Below are positions 40,464 to 49,849 of a stretch of DNA of 64,000 nt, one piece after another (the first letter of the stretch is position 1; each line of letters opens with the position of its first letter). The notes beneath the pieces were generated by a model. It made no database searches and was not told the DNA's origin. It saw only the letters and a list, made by a program, of their open reading frames with translations. Position numbers and translations under genes: made by a program. The DNA is from a virus, in IMG/VR virus record IMGVR_UViG_3300031950_000001, positions 64,001-128,000 of that record, one strand, 5' to 3'.

Positions 40464-41204
40464 ATGGTTGGTAAATTCGCTGTCGATGGGCGTCGGCGTC
40501 CTTATCCTCCGCTGAAAGTAATTAAGCGTTTGGCCGATAAAATCTACAGCAATCTTCTCTTGTTTGCGGATAAGCCGATTCAGCAGGAGGAGATCGTCAA
40601 AATCGGCCAGCGGCTGATCGAGATTTTTAAGCCGCCCGATGAGAAAACGCTCTTTGACTGTCTCATACCTATTTATAATCAGACACTAAACAAATACGAA
40701 ATCGAGCGGTTCGCTTGGCGATTGGCGGCTAATGCTCGGCGAATCCGGAATTCGATTCCGGTGTCTTTTTGGTTTGGTCAGACAAAAGAAGAGCCGGCAA
40801 TTTGTCAGTTTATTGCCCCAGAGGAAGAAGGCGATGTTAGGCAAGGTTTTATGCGGTACTGTGTACTTACAGGTCCCGCAGCTACCATTACCGGACGTAT
40901 CTTTATCAACAGTTCTCGAAGATATCGTATTTATCGTGCAAGCAGCGTGAACGATCATCTGCGTCTTCGCTATCTATCGGCGGCAACATTTACGTGCCTT
41001 CTCATTCCGTCGCGAGCATCCTATCCGATGATCGATCCTTGGACTATCGGATGTACGAACAAACTTACCGCGCGTAACAAAAAACTTTTCGATCTCTGGT
41101 TACAAGCACGACGGGAACGGGTCGAAATAAAAGCTAGAAATGCCTATTATGTTCCGGTTATATTAAAGGATGGTTATACAAAAGACCTCGTAATTTCTTT
41201 TTAG
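40464..41204 (+). CDS. hypothetical protein
   Basis: ORF track. Confidence 0.7.
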   Translation: MVGKFAVDGRRRPYPPLKVIKRLADKIYSNLLLFADKPIQQEEIVKIGQRLIEIFKPPDEKTLFDCLIPIYNQTLNKYEIERFAWRLAANARRIRNSIPVSFWFGQTKEEPAICQFIAPEEEGDVRQGFMRYCVLTGPAATITGRIFINSSRRYRIYRASSVNDHLRLRYLSAATFTCLLIPSRASYPMIDPWTIGCTNKLTARNKKLFDLWLQARRERVEIKARNAYYVPVILKDGYTKDLVISF

Positions 41205-41225
41205 CTATTCAAGAAGGAGGCGGCA

Positions 41226-41663
41226 ATGCTCCAGTTTCGTCCGATCGGTAATCCGTCCGAAGTACCGTTTTACAATCCTGAGCGCGATCTTGCGCATGTT
41301 GGACCGCTACTAATCCGAGAGGCAATTGCGCAACTTGAGCCGTCTGCGCGCGAATTCTGGTTCAATGACTATCTGACTAAGAACAATGTTAGTGATGCGC
41401 AGCTTGCCGTAGCGGCAGAACGGATTGCGAAAGCCCTGAGCGACATGACAACCGATGCAAGGATCGCCCTAGGCCATGCGGGATTTTTCGACCTTCCTAT
41501 CGAAGTGCAAATAGCTGTTTATACGAAAATTGGCCAAGTATTTCTTGCCGCAACCCATACGGCCATACGTTGGACGCTTGATGAGAGCGTAACAAAAGCT
41601 CCTATTGCAGACCGAATTCAAGATGCTGCCCAAACCATCTCTTCGACAATCAAAATCGAGTAA
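41226..41663 (+). CDS. hypothetical protein
   Basis: AAGGAGG RBS. Confidence 0.75.
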   Translation: MLQFRPIGNPSEVPFYNPERDLAHVGPLLIREAIAQLEPSAREFWFNDYLTKNNVSDAQLAVAAERIAKALSDMTTDARIALGHAGFFDLPIEVQIAVYTKIGQVFLAATHTAIRWTLDESVTKAPIADRIQDAAQTISSTIKIE

Positions 41664-42928
41664 TGCCTACGTTTCCTCGTCCGTACCTCAGTGAAAATCT
41701 CGTGATGCCGCTTCCGACGGACATTGTCTGTCCGTCATGCTGCGGTGTGGCCACAGTTTATCTTGACTCTCGTCATATGCCGATTATTTACTGCCGCAAA
41801 TGCGGACTGCAGTCGTTTATCAGTCTTTTTGATAAAGACGATCAAAGGCGTTGGTTCGAGCGACCATTCTTGCCGTCTCGACCGATTGAAGATAACGACT
41901 TGCCCGCGTTTACTGTATGGCTAAAGCGTTACTTTGATCCTCTTCTTTCAACAGCGGATGCACCGACGTTGCTTCGTCAGATTTTCTGTCGTATTGAGAA
42001 AAGATGGAAACGGTTCGCCTGCCCAGTGTATCATTGCGAAGGCCTTGTGACCGGATATGTTTCGCTAAGCAATCGCTCATTCTATGTGCATCGAAACTAC
42101 GACAATAGCACAGGCGGAATTTTGCCGCGGGCTGACGTCTTTAGGAGCAATCGAGCTATCTTTATTTCGCCGATCGATGCGCTGCGCTGCTATGTCATAA
42201 ACGCACGACAGAAAGGCAGTATTGATATTCCTATATACGCGGTTATTCAACGGGAATTAAAAATAAAATATCGCTGGCATGATCCTCCTTCGCCATTACT
42301 GCCTCTACTTAACATCAATCGAAAGTGCGAGATGATTTTTGCCATTCCCGCTGGTAGCGCCGCCAAGACGATAAATAGGATCGTTCGTGCCGCGAACGTG
42401 CTCAACGCATTTGTTTCAGCATACGACCCCGAAGAGTTTGATGACGTCGATAGCCTTATTGCTACCATCGAACGTCGCGCGCAGCCTGCCAGTAACGCGT
42501 ATTTCCTTATTAGCAACAGGAAGTTTTTCCTTCAAAAGGACAAACTCGTTACCGCCGATCTAAGCGAATATGATGGCGTACTACTTTTGGGTGGGGGTCT
42601 ATACGTAATTAAGCGCGAGAATTGTATTCTTGACGCTACTAAATTAGAACCGATCACCAATTTTGGTTTCAAAGTTGTCGGCTGCACCAGCAGGCGTTTG
42701 CTTGTCGATGTAACCTATATTGACGGAACAAAACTTAGAATTTCCGTGTCGCTTGAACTGCTACGAATATCGGCACAGATGCTTAGAAAGGCGATCATAC
42801 GTGCCTTAAACGCTGCTGGAAAAGTCCCCTTTATCCGTTGTTCGAGCAATCTATTAATGTATATTCTCCTAACAACGGCGAATCCCGAGGTAAATCTAGC
42901 ATCGTACGTTCGGCACATGGTAAGATGA
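41663..42928 (+). CDS. hypothetical protein with N-terminal zinc finger
   Basis: CPSC...CRKCG. Confidence 0.65.
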   Translation: MPTFPRPYLSENLVMPLPTDIVCPSCCGVATVYLDSRHMPIIYCRKCGLQSFISLFDKDDQRRWFERPFLPSRPIEDNDLPAFTVWLKRYFDPLLSTADAPTLLRQIFCRIEKRWKRFACPVYHCEGLVTGYVSLSNRSFYVHRNYDNSTGGILPRADVFRSNRAIFISPIDALRCYVINARQKGSIDIPIYAVIQRELKIKYRWHDPPSPLLPLLNINRKCEMIFAIPAGSAAKTINRIVRAANVLNAFVSAYDPEEFDDVDSLIATIERRAQPASNAYFLISNRKFFLQKDKLVTADLSEYDGVLLLGGGLYVIKRENCILDATKLEPITNFGFKVVGCTSRRLLVDVTYIDGTKLRISVSLELLRISAQMLRKAIIRALNAAGKVPFIRCSSNLLMYILLTTANPEVNLASYVRHMVR

Positions 42929-42976
42929 AAAAAACTGGGAGTTTCCGTTGTCATCTAACTGTAAAGGGGTAAGATT

Positions 42977-43375
42977 ATGTGTCGATGCAACGTAGAAACA
43001 CGTAGAGACGCTTGTGACATGCTGCAAAAAGGTCTCATGCGGTTTGCGACTGGAGCCGTGCGCAGTACCGACGCCGAAGGTGAACGGTGGGATCTGATTA
43101 CTCCGATTGGTTTAAGGCGTCTAGCCCAAACCTGCGCCGAAGGGGCTGCGAAATACGGCGAATATAATTGGCAGAAAGGTATTCCGGCTAGCGTAATGCT
43201 CAATCATGCGATACGGCATCTATATCTGTATTTGGCGGGGGATACAAACGAAGATCATCTTGCCCATGCGGCGTGGAATATCCTGGGCGTGTGTCATTTT
43301 GAAGAAGTTATGCCCGAAATGATCGACATTCCCACTCGACGTCGCGAAAAAACAAACGACGACAAAGCTGAGTAA
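42977..43375 (+). CDS. dATP/dGTP diphosphohydrolase (DUF5664-like)
   Basis: FATGAVRS, RWDLI, EGAAKYGEYNWQKG, RH and EDHLAHAAWN motifs. Confidence 0.85.
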   Translation: MCRCNVETRRDACDMLQKGLMRFATGAVRSTDAEGERWDLITPIGLRRLAQTCAEGAAKYGEYNWQKGIPASVMLNHAIRHLYLYLAGDTNEDHLAHAAWNILGVCHFEEVMPEMIDIPTRRREKTNDDKAE

Positions 43376-43451
43376 CGCGTGTCTGTGGCGGCGTTTTGTG
43401 GCAGCGTGGAATCTGGCCTTCTTTTGCTGTTAGACCGCGATTTTCAATCCC

Positions 43452-45227
43452 ATGGCTTCCGACGTCGTTAAATCCGATTCCGTTCCACAAGCTGCGGTCG
43501 CCGTCGATCCCAAGGAAATTCTCGAAAAGCTTGCCAAAACGGTTCAAGCCAACGACAACACCAGCGCGCTTCTTCCGGTTCTTTTCTCGTTAAACGGCGA
43601 ACCGCTTCGGCTGGAAGATCATTTTGTTTTCAAGCCGCTTTTTAACCTCCACCAGCCGATGGAAACGGTTCTGATGTGCGGTCGTCAAGTAGGGAAAACT
43701 ACCAATATCGCGGTTCAGAGCCTTCTATTAGCCGCCAGCCTTCCCTACTTTACGGTTACCGTGGTCTTCCCTCGGGAAATTCATGCCGCCCGATTCAGTA
43801 CCCTTTATCTTAGCCCGCTTCTCCGCTCATCAGTTATAAGCGATATTTTGATGGGCAAGGATAGCGTGGATCAGGTGTTCCAGAAAGACTTTACGAACGG
43901 ATCCCATATCATCCTGACCTATGCTTACGATAATCCCGATCGAACACGTGGTATTGCGGCAACACGGCTATTGTGTGACGAAACACAAGATATGCTCCTT
44001 ACGTCTATTGAAATCATTAAAGAGACGCTTTCTCATGCCAAATTTGGCGTACAGGCCCTTTATGCCGGAACTCCGAAAACGACAAGCAACACCTTAGCCA
44101 CCCTCTGGTACCGAAGCAGCCAAGCGGAATGGTTTATACGTTGTACCCATTGTACGACAAACGGTAAACCGACTTGGAACATTCCCTCGCCGGATCATCA
44201 TTTAGAGAAGCTTCTGGGACCCGTCCATGAGAAAATTTCCGAAAGATACCCTGCCTTACTGTGTCATAAATGCCGACAACCGATTTCGCCGCGAAACGGG
44301 CAATGGGTCCATCGATATCGAGATAGGATCCCCGATTTTACGGGGTATCACGTCCCCCAAATTCTTCTTCCGCATCATTATGCCAACCCTAGAAACTGGG
44401 CAACGCTTCTAAAGAAGACGAACGGTCCAACATACATCTTCTACAACGAGGTCATGGGGTGGCCATATGATGCTGCAGCCGCCATTGTAAGCGAGCAAGA
44501 TTTGATCCGTGCCTCTACATTAGGGGAAAATAAAGATGAACTTGCGGTCCAAGAGGCTAAAAAATATACGGTTACGGCTCTTGGTGTAGACTGGGGCGGC
44601 GGCGGGGAGGATATGACGAGCTTTACCACCCTTGCGCTTGTAGGCCTCTGTCCGGACGGCAAATTGCACGTCATTTGGGGGAAAAGGCTTCTTACGCCAA
44701 ACGATCATCTTCGTGAGGCCGCCGAAATCTGCCGGTATTGCTGTTACTTTAACCCTACTTTTCTGGCCCACGACTACGGCGGAGGAGGTACGGTTCGTGA
44801 GACAATCCTTGTAAATGCCGGCTTTCCGGACCACAAAATCGTCCCCATGTTATATGCGGGAACGAGCATGGCGGCCGTTTATAAGGTTAAAGAGCCGAAC
44901 GAGCTTAACCCTCGTTCTTACATCCTCATTAATAAAACAAAGACCATTCAGATACTTTGTGCGCTTATCAAACTTGGCCAGATTAGATTTTTTGCTTATA
45001 ACAGGCAGAATCCGCAGGAATGCTTAACGGCCGATTTTCTGAATTTGAAAGAAGAGCGTACCGTTTCTCTCGTCCGCGAGCGCTATCATATCTCTAAGCA
45101 AACCGGCTCTATCGACGATTTCGTTCACGCCGTCAACTATGCGTGCATTGCCATATGGCTAAATACGCGCTGGCCCGATATGGCAAATGCCGTGGCTGAA
45201 TACGCGTCGGAGCAACTCGTCGAATAA
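43452..45227 (+). CDS. terL: terminase large subunit
   Basis: GRQVGKT, RG, CDE, GTPK, GVDWG and DDFVHA motifs; CxxC pairs as in GpA-like terminases. Confidence 0.88.
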   Translation: MASDVVKSDSVPQAAVAVDPKEILEKLAKTVQANDNTSALLPVLFSLNGEPLRLEDHFVFKPLFNLHQPMETVLMCGRQVGKTTNIAVQSLLLAASLPYFTVTVVFPREIHAARFSTLYLSPLLRSSVISDILMGKDSVDQVFQKDFTNGSHIILTYAYDNPDRTRGIAATRLLCDETQDMLLTSIEIIKETLSHAKFGVQALYAGTPKTTSNTLATLWYRSSQAEWFIRCTHCTTNGKPTWNIPSPDHHLEKLLGPVHEKISERYPALLCHKCRQPISPRNGQWVHRYRDRIPDFTGYHVPQILLPHHYANPRNWATLLKKTNGPTYIFYNEVMGWPYDAAAAIVSEQDLIRASTLGENKDELAVQEAKKYTVTALGVDWGGGGEDMTSFTTLALVGLCPDGKLHVIWGKRLLTPNDHLREAAEICRYCCYFNPTFLAHDYGGGGTVRETILVNAGFPDHKIVPMLYAGTSMAAVYKVKEPNELNPRSYILINKTKTIQILCALIKLGQIRFFAYNRQNPQECLTADFLNLKEERTVSLVRERYHISKQTGSIDDFVHAVNYACIAIWLNTRWPDMANAVAEYASEQLVE

Positions 45228-45411
45228 GTTATAATAAGATAAGTGAGAAATTAGATTCCGGAATTTTAGCAGCCTACGATGAATACCCTTTTTGGGGGGT
45301 TTCGTCAGAATTTGATTCCGGAATCAAATTTTTTAAAATGTTACGAACGTCAAGAATCGTAATAAATTTGATTCCGGAATCAAATTTTTTAACTCTATCG
45401 GAGGCAAGACG

Positions 45412-46581
45412 ATGGCATTTCTTGACCAGCGATCTGACAAAAGCGGCCAAAAAACCGCCAGTATTATGACGAGTTTCCAGGCGCCAGCGTTTGTAAAGTC
45501 GGCATCGTTAGATCAAATCATGGGTAAGGAGGCCAAGGGTAGTCTTGACTATGCGGATCCGTATCATAAACGCTACCCGATTACAAATCCGGCAGCGATA
45601 TGGATGTCGGCTGCCTATTTTTGGCTTGAAAAGAACGCCGATGAAGACGTAGAACGTCGTATTATTGAGGCTGCCGAATTATTCAATATTAAAGATGAGG
45701 TTCTTCAGCTCAAAAGCGAAATCTCAAAGACCCTCGAAAAGCAGGCCGCTGACGAGGAAGTTTCCGACGATTACTTTGCCTTGGTCAAAGAAGTTGCTGG
45801 GCACAAGCGCCGTTACTATCCGCTTCGTAACCGCCAGGAAGTGAAAGTAGCGGCCCGATACTTTAACGAAAACCGGGCGAGCATTCCTCGGTTTGAAGAC
45901 CGCTATCAGATGGCCAACAAAATTCTTGCGGCGGCCGAGCGAGAAGGCGTTTACATCGGAGATGAGTTGGACGCACTTCTCAAATCGGCTTGTATCGGAG
46001 TACCGTCCTTTGACGGACTCTGCAAAGTAATCCGAAACCGGGTCAATATGGCTAAGGTCGATGGCAAATACGATCTTGCTGTCGAATTGGAGGAACTGGC
46101 CAAGAAGGTAACGCATCTCGAAAAAACGGCTTCGCTGAATATTGGCGAGGTTCAGGCAGTTCTGGAGCTTATCGATAATCTCGATAATACAAATAGGTGG
46201 ACCCGCCATTACCATTTAGCGGGGCTTCCCGAAGATTATATCTTTACGGTTACGGAAAAGAGCGCTGAGTTAGTGAATATCGTCGTCAACCCCGATACGG
46301 GTGCTATTTATAACGCCGATGCTTTTAAGGACCTTACGCCTTCTTCGCTCATCCCATCCCTCGGAGAAGATTTTGTTAAGTTGGCTTCAGATCCGGACGT
46401 TGATCGGTTCGATCAAAATCGGCTTCAAGAAGCGCTTTCGAACTATGGTTATGGTGCGATTTTCGATGACGTAATGGCGAGTCTAGGGATCGCCCCTATC
46501 ATGAAAGTCGAGAAGGGTTATCAGATTCCGGACTATATGTGGTCAAGGTTGGCACGCTATGGACGACCAATTGCAAGTTGA
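45412..46581 (+). CDS. putative head assembly/internal protein rich in K-x-A motifs
   Basis: About ten KxA motifs; lies between terminase and portal. Confidence 0.5.
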   Translation: MAFLDQRSDKSGQKTASIMTSFQAPAFVKSASLDQIMGKEAKGSLDYADPYHKRYPITNPAAIWMSAAYFWLEKNADEDVERRIIEAAELFNIKDEVLQLKSEISKTLEKQAADEEVSDDYFALVKEVAGHKRRYYPLRNRQEVKVAARYFNENRASIPRFEDRYQMANKILAAAEREGVYIGDELDALLKSACIGVPSFDGLCKVIRNRVNMAKVDGKYDLAVELEELAKKVTHLEKTASLNIGEVQAVLELIDNLDNTNRWTRHYHLAGLPEDYIFTVTEKSAELVNIVVNPDTGAIYNADAFKDLTPSSLIPSLGEDFVKLASDPDVDRFDQNRLQEALSNYGYGAIFDDVMASLGIAPIMKVEKGYQIPDYMWSRLARYGRPIAS

Positions 46582-46903
46582 TGCTAGCGTTATTGAAGGT
46601 TTGGCCGTGGCACTTAAACAGGCCGCAGAGGCTATGAAAAATATCGATAAATCGAAGCTTTACCTTGTCATTGCTTCTGTAACCGGCCGACCTTCTGTAT
46701 TTGAATTTGACTCGATTGAGCAGTGTAAGGCCAAAGTGGCCGAACTGCACCAAGAAAAGAAAGACTATCCTCTCTTTGTTTATTTGTTTGAAGGTAGGAA
46801 GTGGAGCGTCCGTAATAGTCCTCTGTCTCTAGTGTCTCCCGATGGCCAGTTTTATCTTATTCGTCCTGAGTCTATAACCGAGGAGCAAGTCGATGTCATC
46901 TGA
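46559..46903 (+). CDS. hypothetical protein
   Basis: ORF overlap packing. Confidence 0.65.
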   Translation: MDDQLQVDASVIEGLAVALKQAAEAMKNIDKSKLYLVIASVTGRPSVFEFDSIEQCKAKVAELHQEKKDYPLFVYLFEGRKWSVRNSPLSLVSPDGQFYLIRPESITEEQVDVI

Positions 46904-47552
46904 CGTTCCTGAAACCGAGGTTTCCTTGCTTCAGAACGAGGATAAATATAAAGCTTTAGGAATACAGATTGTCGAGGATGACGTTCATGTCGTCGGAAAA
47001 GGCATGTTTTACAGCGTCCCAAAGTCTAAAGGAGGTGTTATGACCTGGTATAACCCAAACAAAGTCGAAACGGTAATCGTAGATCCGGGTACTGAGTTTG
47101 AGCGGATATTTAACCCGACAACCGGAAGGTCGGAACCTTCCAAAGGAGCTGCCGAACTTTTAAAAGCAGTAATCCAAGAACACGGTAGCGGTCCTCCGTC
47201 CGCAAGTCCAGGATATGCTCAGCCAGCTTTTGTTCCGGAAACCATTCATAAAAACGAGCTAAAGGTAACCTTCGCTGTTACTGGTTCGCCAATCCTAATT
47301 ACAAGTCGGTATTACAAACACATCATTACCGAGAACAAGCGATTCATCATTCTCATTAAGTCATTGGCCGATAGAGGCGAAGAGATGCTTGATTTTGTCT
47401 CTTCAAACGAGTCGACCATCGGCATTCATGTGGACGGGCTCGACAGCGTTCTCGTAACGACAACTGCCGAGTATACCGCTTTTGAATTTAACGGGTTCAA
47501 ATTCCAAATCTTTAAGATTCTTGACGAACGATTTCCAGGCAGGCCGTCATGA
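46893..47552 (+). CDS. hypothetical protein
   Basis: GAGGAG RBS; overlap packing. Confidence 0.7.
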   Translation: MSSDVPETEVSLLQNEDKYKALGIQIVEDDVHVVGKGMFYSVPKSKGGVMTWYNPNKVETVIVDPGTEFERIFNPTTGRSEPSKGAAELLKAVIQEHGSGPPSASPGYAQPAFVPETIHKNELKVTFAVTGSPILITSRYYKHIITENKRFIILIKSLADRGEEMLDFVSSNESTIGIHVDGLDSVLVTTTAEYTAFEFNGFKFQIFKILDERFPGRPS

Positions 47553-49471
47553 TTGATAACCCATTCCAGACAACCGGTGCTGGGCCGTTTGGAGACGCCT
47601 ATACTTATCGTGCCCGCTTTCAACCATTTCCAGCGCCTTGGTTTGATTATGCTAGCACCCAGCTTCCTGCGACGCTATGGGATGCTCTGCGTTGGTGTGA
47701 GTTTCTCGTAACGACGCAGCCGGTCTATAGATCGGCGATTGAACGAATCATTTCCTACTTTATTACTGAAATCGAGGTTACCGGCACCGATCGAGAAGGA
47801 AAACGGAGCTATAAAGACCTCCTTGAGAACGTCTTAGGCATTTATGGCCATTTAAAGTCGTTCGGTCTGGACTATTTCACGTATGGCAACTCTTTTGTTA
47901 GCGTCATCGCTCCGTTCGAGAAGTTTGCCAGGTGTACCAATAAGGAATGCTCGTTTGAGACAACCGTTCTTCGTCTTTTCGACAATAAAGATAACAACAA
48001 AGCACGATGGACCGACGGCGAGCTTTTCGCAACATGCCCTGCCTGCAAAAGGAATGTCAAATGGCACGTCATTTCGCGACGTAATTTAACTGCCGAAAAG
48101 CTCGTTATAAAGCGTTGGTCGCCATTTGAGATCGAAATCGAATTCGATCCCTTCTCCGGCGCAACACGACATATTTGGCGTATTCCAGCCTACTTTAGAA
48201 CCGAAGTCGCGAAAGGCTCTCCTCTTACCATCGCCAATGCACCGGATGAAGTTTTGCTAGCGGCTACGCGGAATCAGAATATCCGGTTCTATCCTTCGGA
48301 GATTTTCCACGCCAAAGTACCTACTTTGGCGGGGCATATCCTCCGCGGATGGGGTATAAGTCCCGTTTTGGCGCATTTCAGGCAGGCGTGGCTTGTCGCA
48401 CTGTTCCATAGACATAACGAAGCTGTTGCGCTTGACTACATCATTCCGCTACGGATTCTTACCCCCGCAACGAGGGGAGGGGCATTAGGGGATTCGCTAA
48501 TGGCGGGGGATGCGGGCATTATTTCGCAACAGCTTCATTTTGCCGTTCAAGCCCGTAGATACGATCCGACTAGTTGGGCTATCTTTCCGTTTCCGGTTCA
48601 ATATCAATTTGTGGGAGCAGAAGCTAGTCATTTAGCCCCGGTTCAGCTGTTGGATTATGTGCGTGCCGAGCTTTTAGAATCTGTCGGCATCCCGATGGAG
48701 CTTTATCGAGGCTCGTTGTCAGTTCAAGCCGCCCCAGCAGCATTACGACTGTTTGAGGCGAACTGGTCTTACATTATTCATATCTTTAACCGGTTCTTGC
48801 AATGGGTTGCAGATAAGATTGCTGCCCTCTTAGATTGGGACCGAGTCCAGGTCAAGCTGGTTAAGCCGTCCATTAGTGATGACATCAATAAACAGCTGGC
48901 CAAGATACAGCTTATGCAAGCTGGGCTGGTCTCCAAGCAAACCGCCCTCAAAGCGCTCGGCATCGAAGATTTCCTCGAAGAGACGCAGCAGGCTCTTACG
49001 GAGGAGAAACAGCTCACGACACTGCTCGAAAAGAGCAAGGAGGATATCGAAAAGAGCCAAGCTATGCGTCAATTGCTAAGCTTGCCTGCAGGGGCCGGAG
49101 AGCAAGCCGCGCAGGGCGCAGTTATTGGTGGTCCTCCTCCCGCGGTAATGGGGGGAGGCATGCCTCCACAGCAGGGTGGCGGCGGAGGTGCTCCTCAAGG
49201 TCCGATGCCGATGCCTGGCCCAGTGTCGCCTACGGATCAAGTGCTGGCACAGCTGACTATGCGTCAATCGACCATGACCGTCCAAGATTTGGAACAGGTC
49301 GCTACAACGTTTGCTCAGCAGCTTATGCAGATGCCGCTTGGTCAGCGTATTAGCGAACTGAGACGGCTTCGGGTGAAGAATCCTACTGTCCATGCCCTTG
49401 TTAAAGCAAAAGTCGAGGAAATGGACCGTGAAATGACGCGACGGGCAAGACAGACGATGATGCCGCGCTAG
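47549..49471 (+). CDS. probable portal protein
   Basis: 640 aa near terL; DYFTYGNSFVS, IFH...GWGISP, helical crown, Gly/Pro/Gln-rich tail. Confidence 0.7.
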   Translation: MIDNPFQTTGAGPFGDAYTYRARFQPFPAPWFDYASTQLPATLWDALRWCEFLVTTQPVYRSAIERIISYFITEIEVTGTDREGKRSYKDLLENVLGIYGHLKSFGLDYFTYGNSFVSVIAPFEKFARCTNKECSFETTVLRLFDNKDNNKARWTDGELFATCPACKRNVKWHVISRRNLTAEKLVIKRWSPFEIEIEFDPFSGATRHIWRIPAYFRTEVAKGSPLTIANAPDEVLLAATRNQNIRFYPSEIFHAKVPTLAGHILRGWGISPVLAHFRQAWLVALFHRHNEAVALDYIIPLRILTPATRGGALGDSLMAGDAGIISQQLHFAVQARRYDPTSWAIFPFPVQYQFVGAEASHLAPVQLLDYVRAELLESVGIPMELYRGSLSVQAAPAALRLFEANWSYIIHIFNRFLQWVADKIAALLDWDRVQVKLVKPSISDDINKQLAKIQLMQAGLVSKQTALKALGIEDFLEETQQALTEEKQLTTLLEKSKEDIEKSQAMRQLLSLPAGAGEQAAQGAVIGGPPPAVMGGGMPPQQGGGGGAPQGPMPMPGPVSPTDQVLAQLTMRQSTMTVQDLEQVATTFAQQLMQMPLGQRISELRRLRVKNPTVHALVKAKVEEMDREMTRRARQTMMPR

Positions 49472-49495
49472 AAATTTGATTCCGGAATCAAATTT

Positions 49496-49849
49496 ATGGA
49501 AATCTTTTGGATTCACGAGCTTCCAAAGGATCCGCAATCTCTCGTGATCCCCGGCGTTCCGTCTCTTTATGAGCGACTATATGAAGATGAGGAGGCGGAG
49601 CGGAAGGATATTCTACGCTGTTTCATGCAACTTAAGTCCGAACTAGCATTGACTCAAGAGTCGATTGACGTTGATGACTTAAAACCGGTCGATGTGTTAA
49701 ACGAGAATGTTTACGACGAGCAGCCACATGTAATAGTCAATGTGCCGAAAAAAGAGGATGGGTCGGATGATCAAGACGAGCGTGCTACGCCAGCGAATTT
49801 ACTTCAAGCGCTTCGCCGCTTGAGTACGGATAGAAAAGGGTCGAAATAA
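49496..49849 (+). CDS. hypothetical acidic protein
   Basis: ORF track. Confidence 0.6.
   Translation: MEIFWIHELPKDPQSLVIPGVPSLYERLYEDEEAERKDILRCFMQLKSELALTQESIDVDDLKPVDVLNENVYDEQPHVIVNVPKKEDGSDDQDERATPANLLQALRRLSTDRKGSK

Noticed and set aside
45252-45383. Mini-CRISPR made of palindrome copies
   Set aside because: The same sequence occurs singly at 11 other sites; no leader or cas genes.
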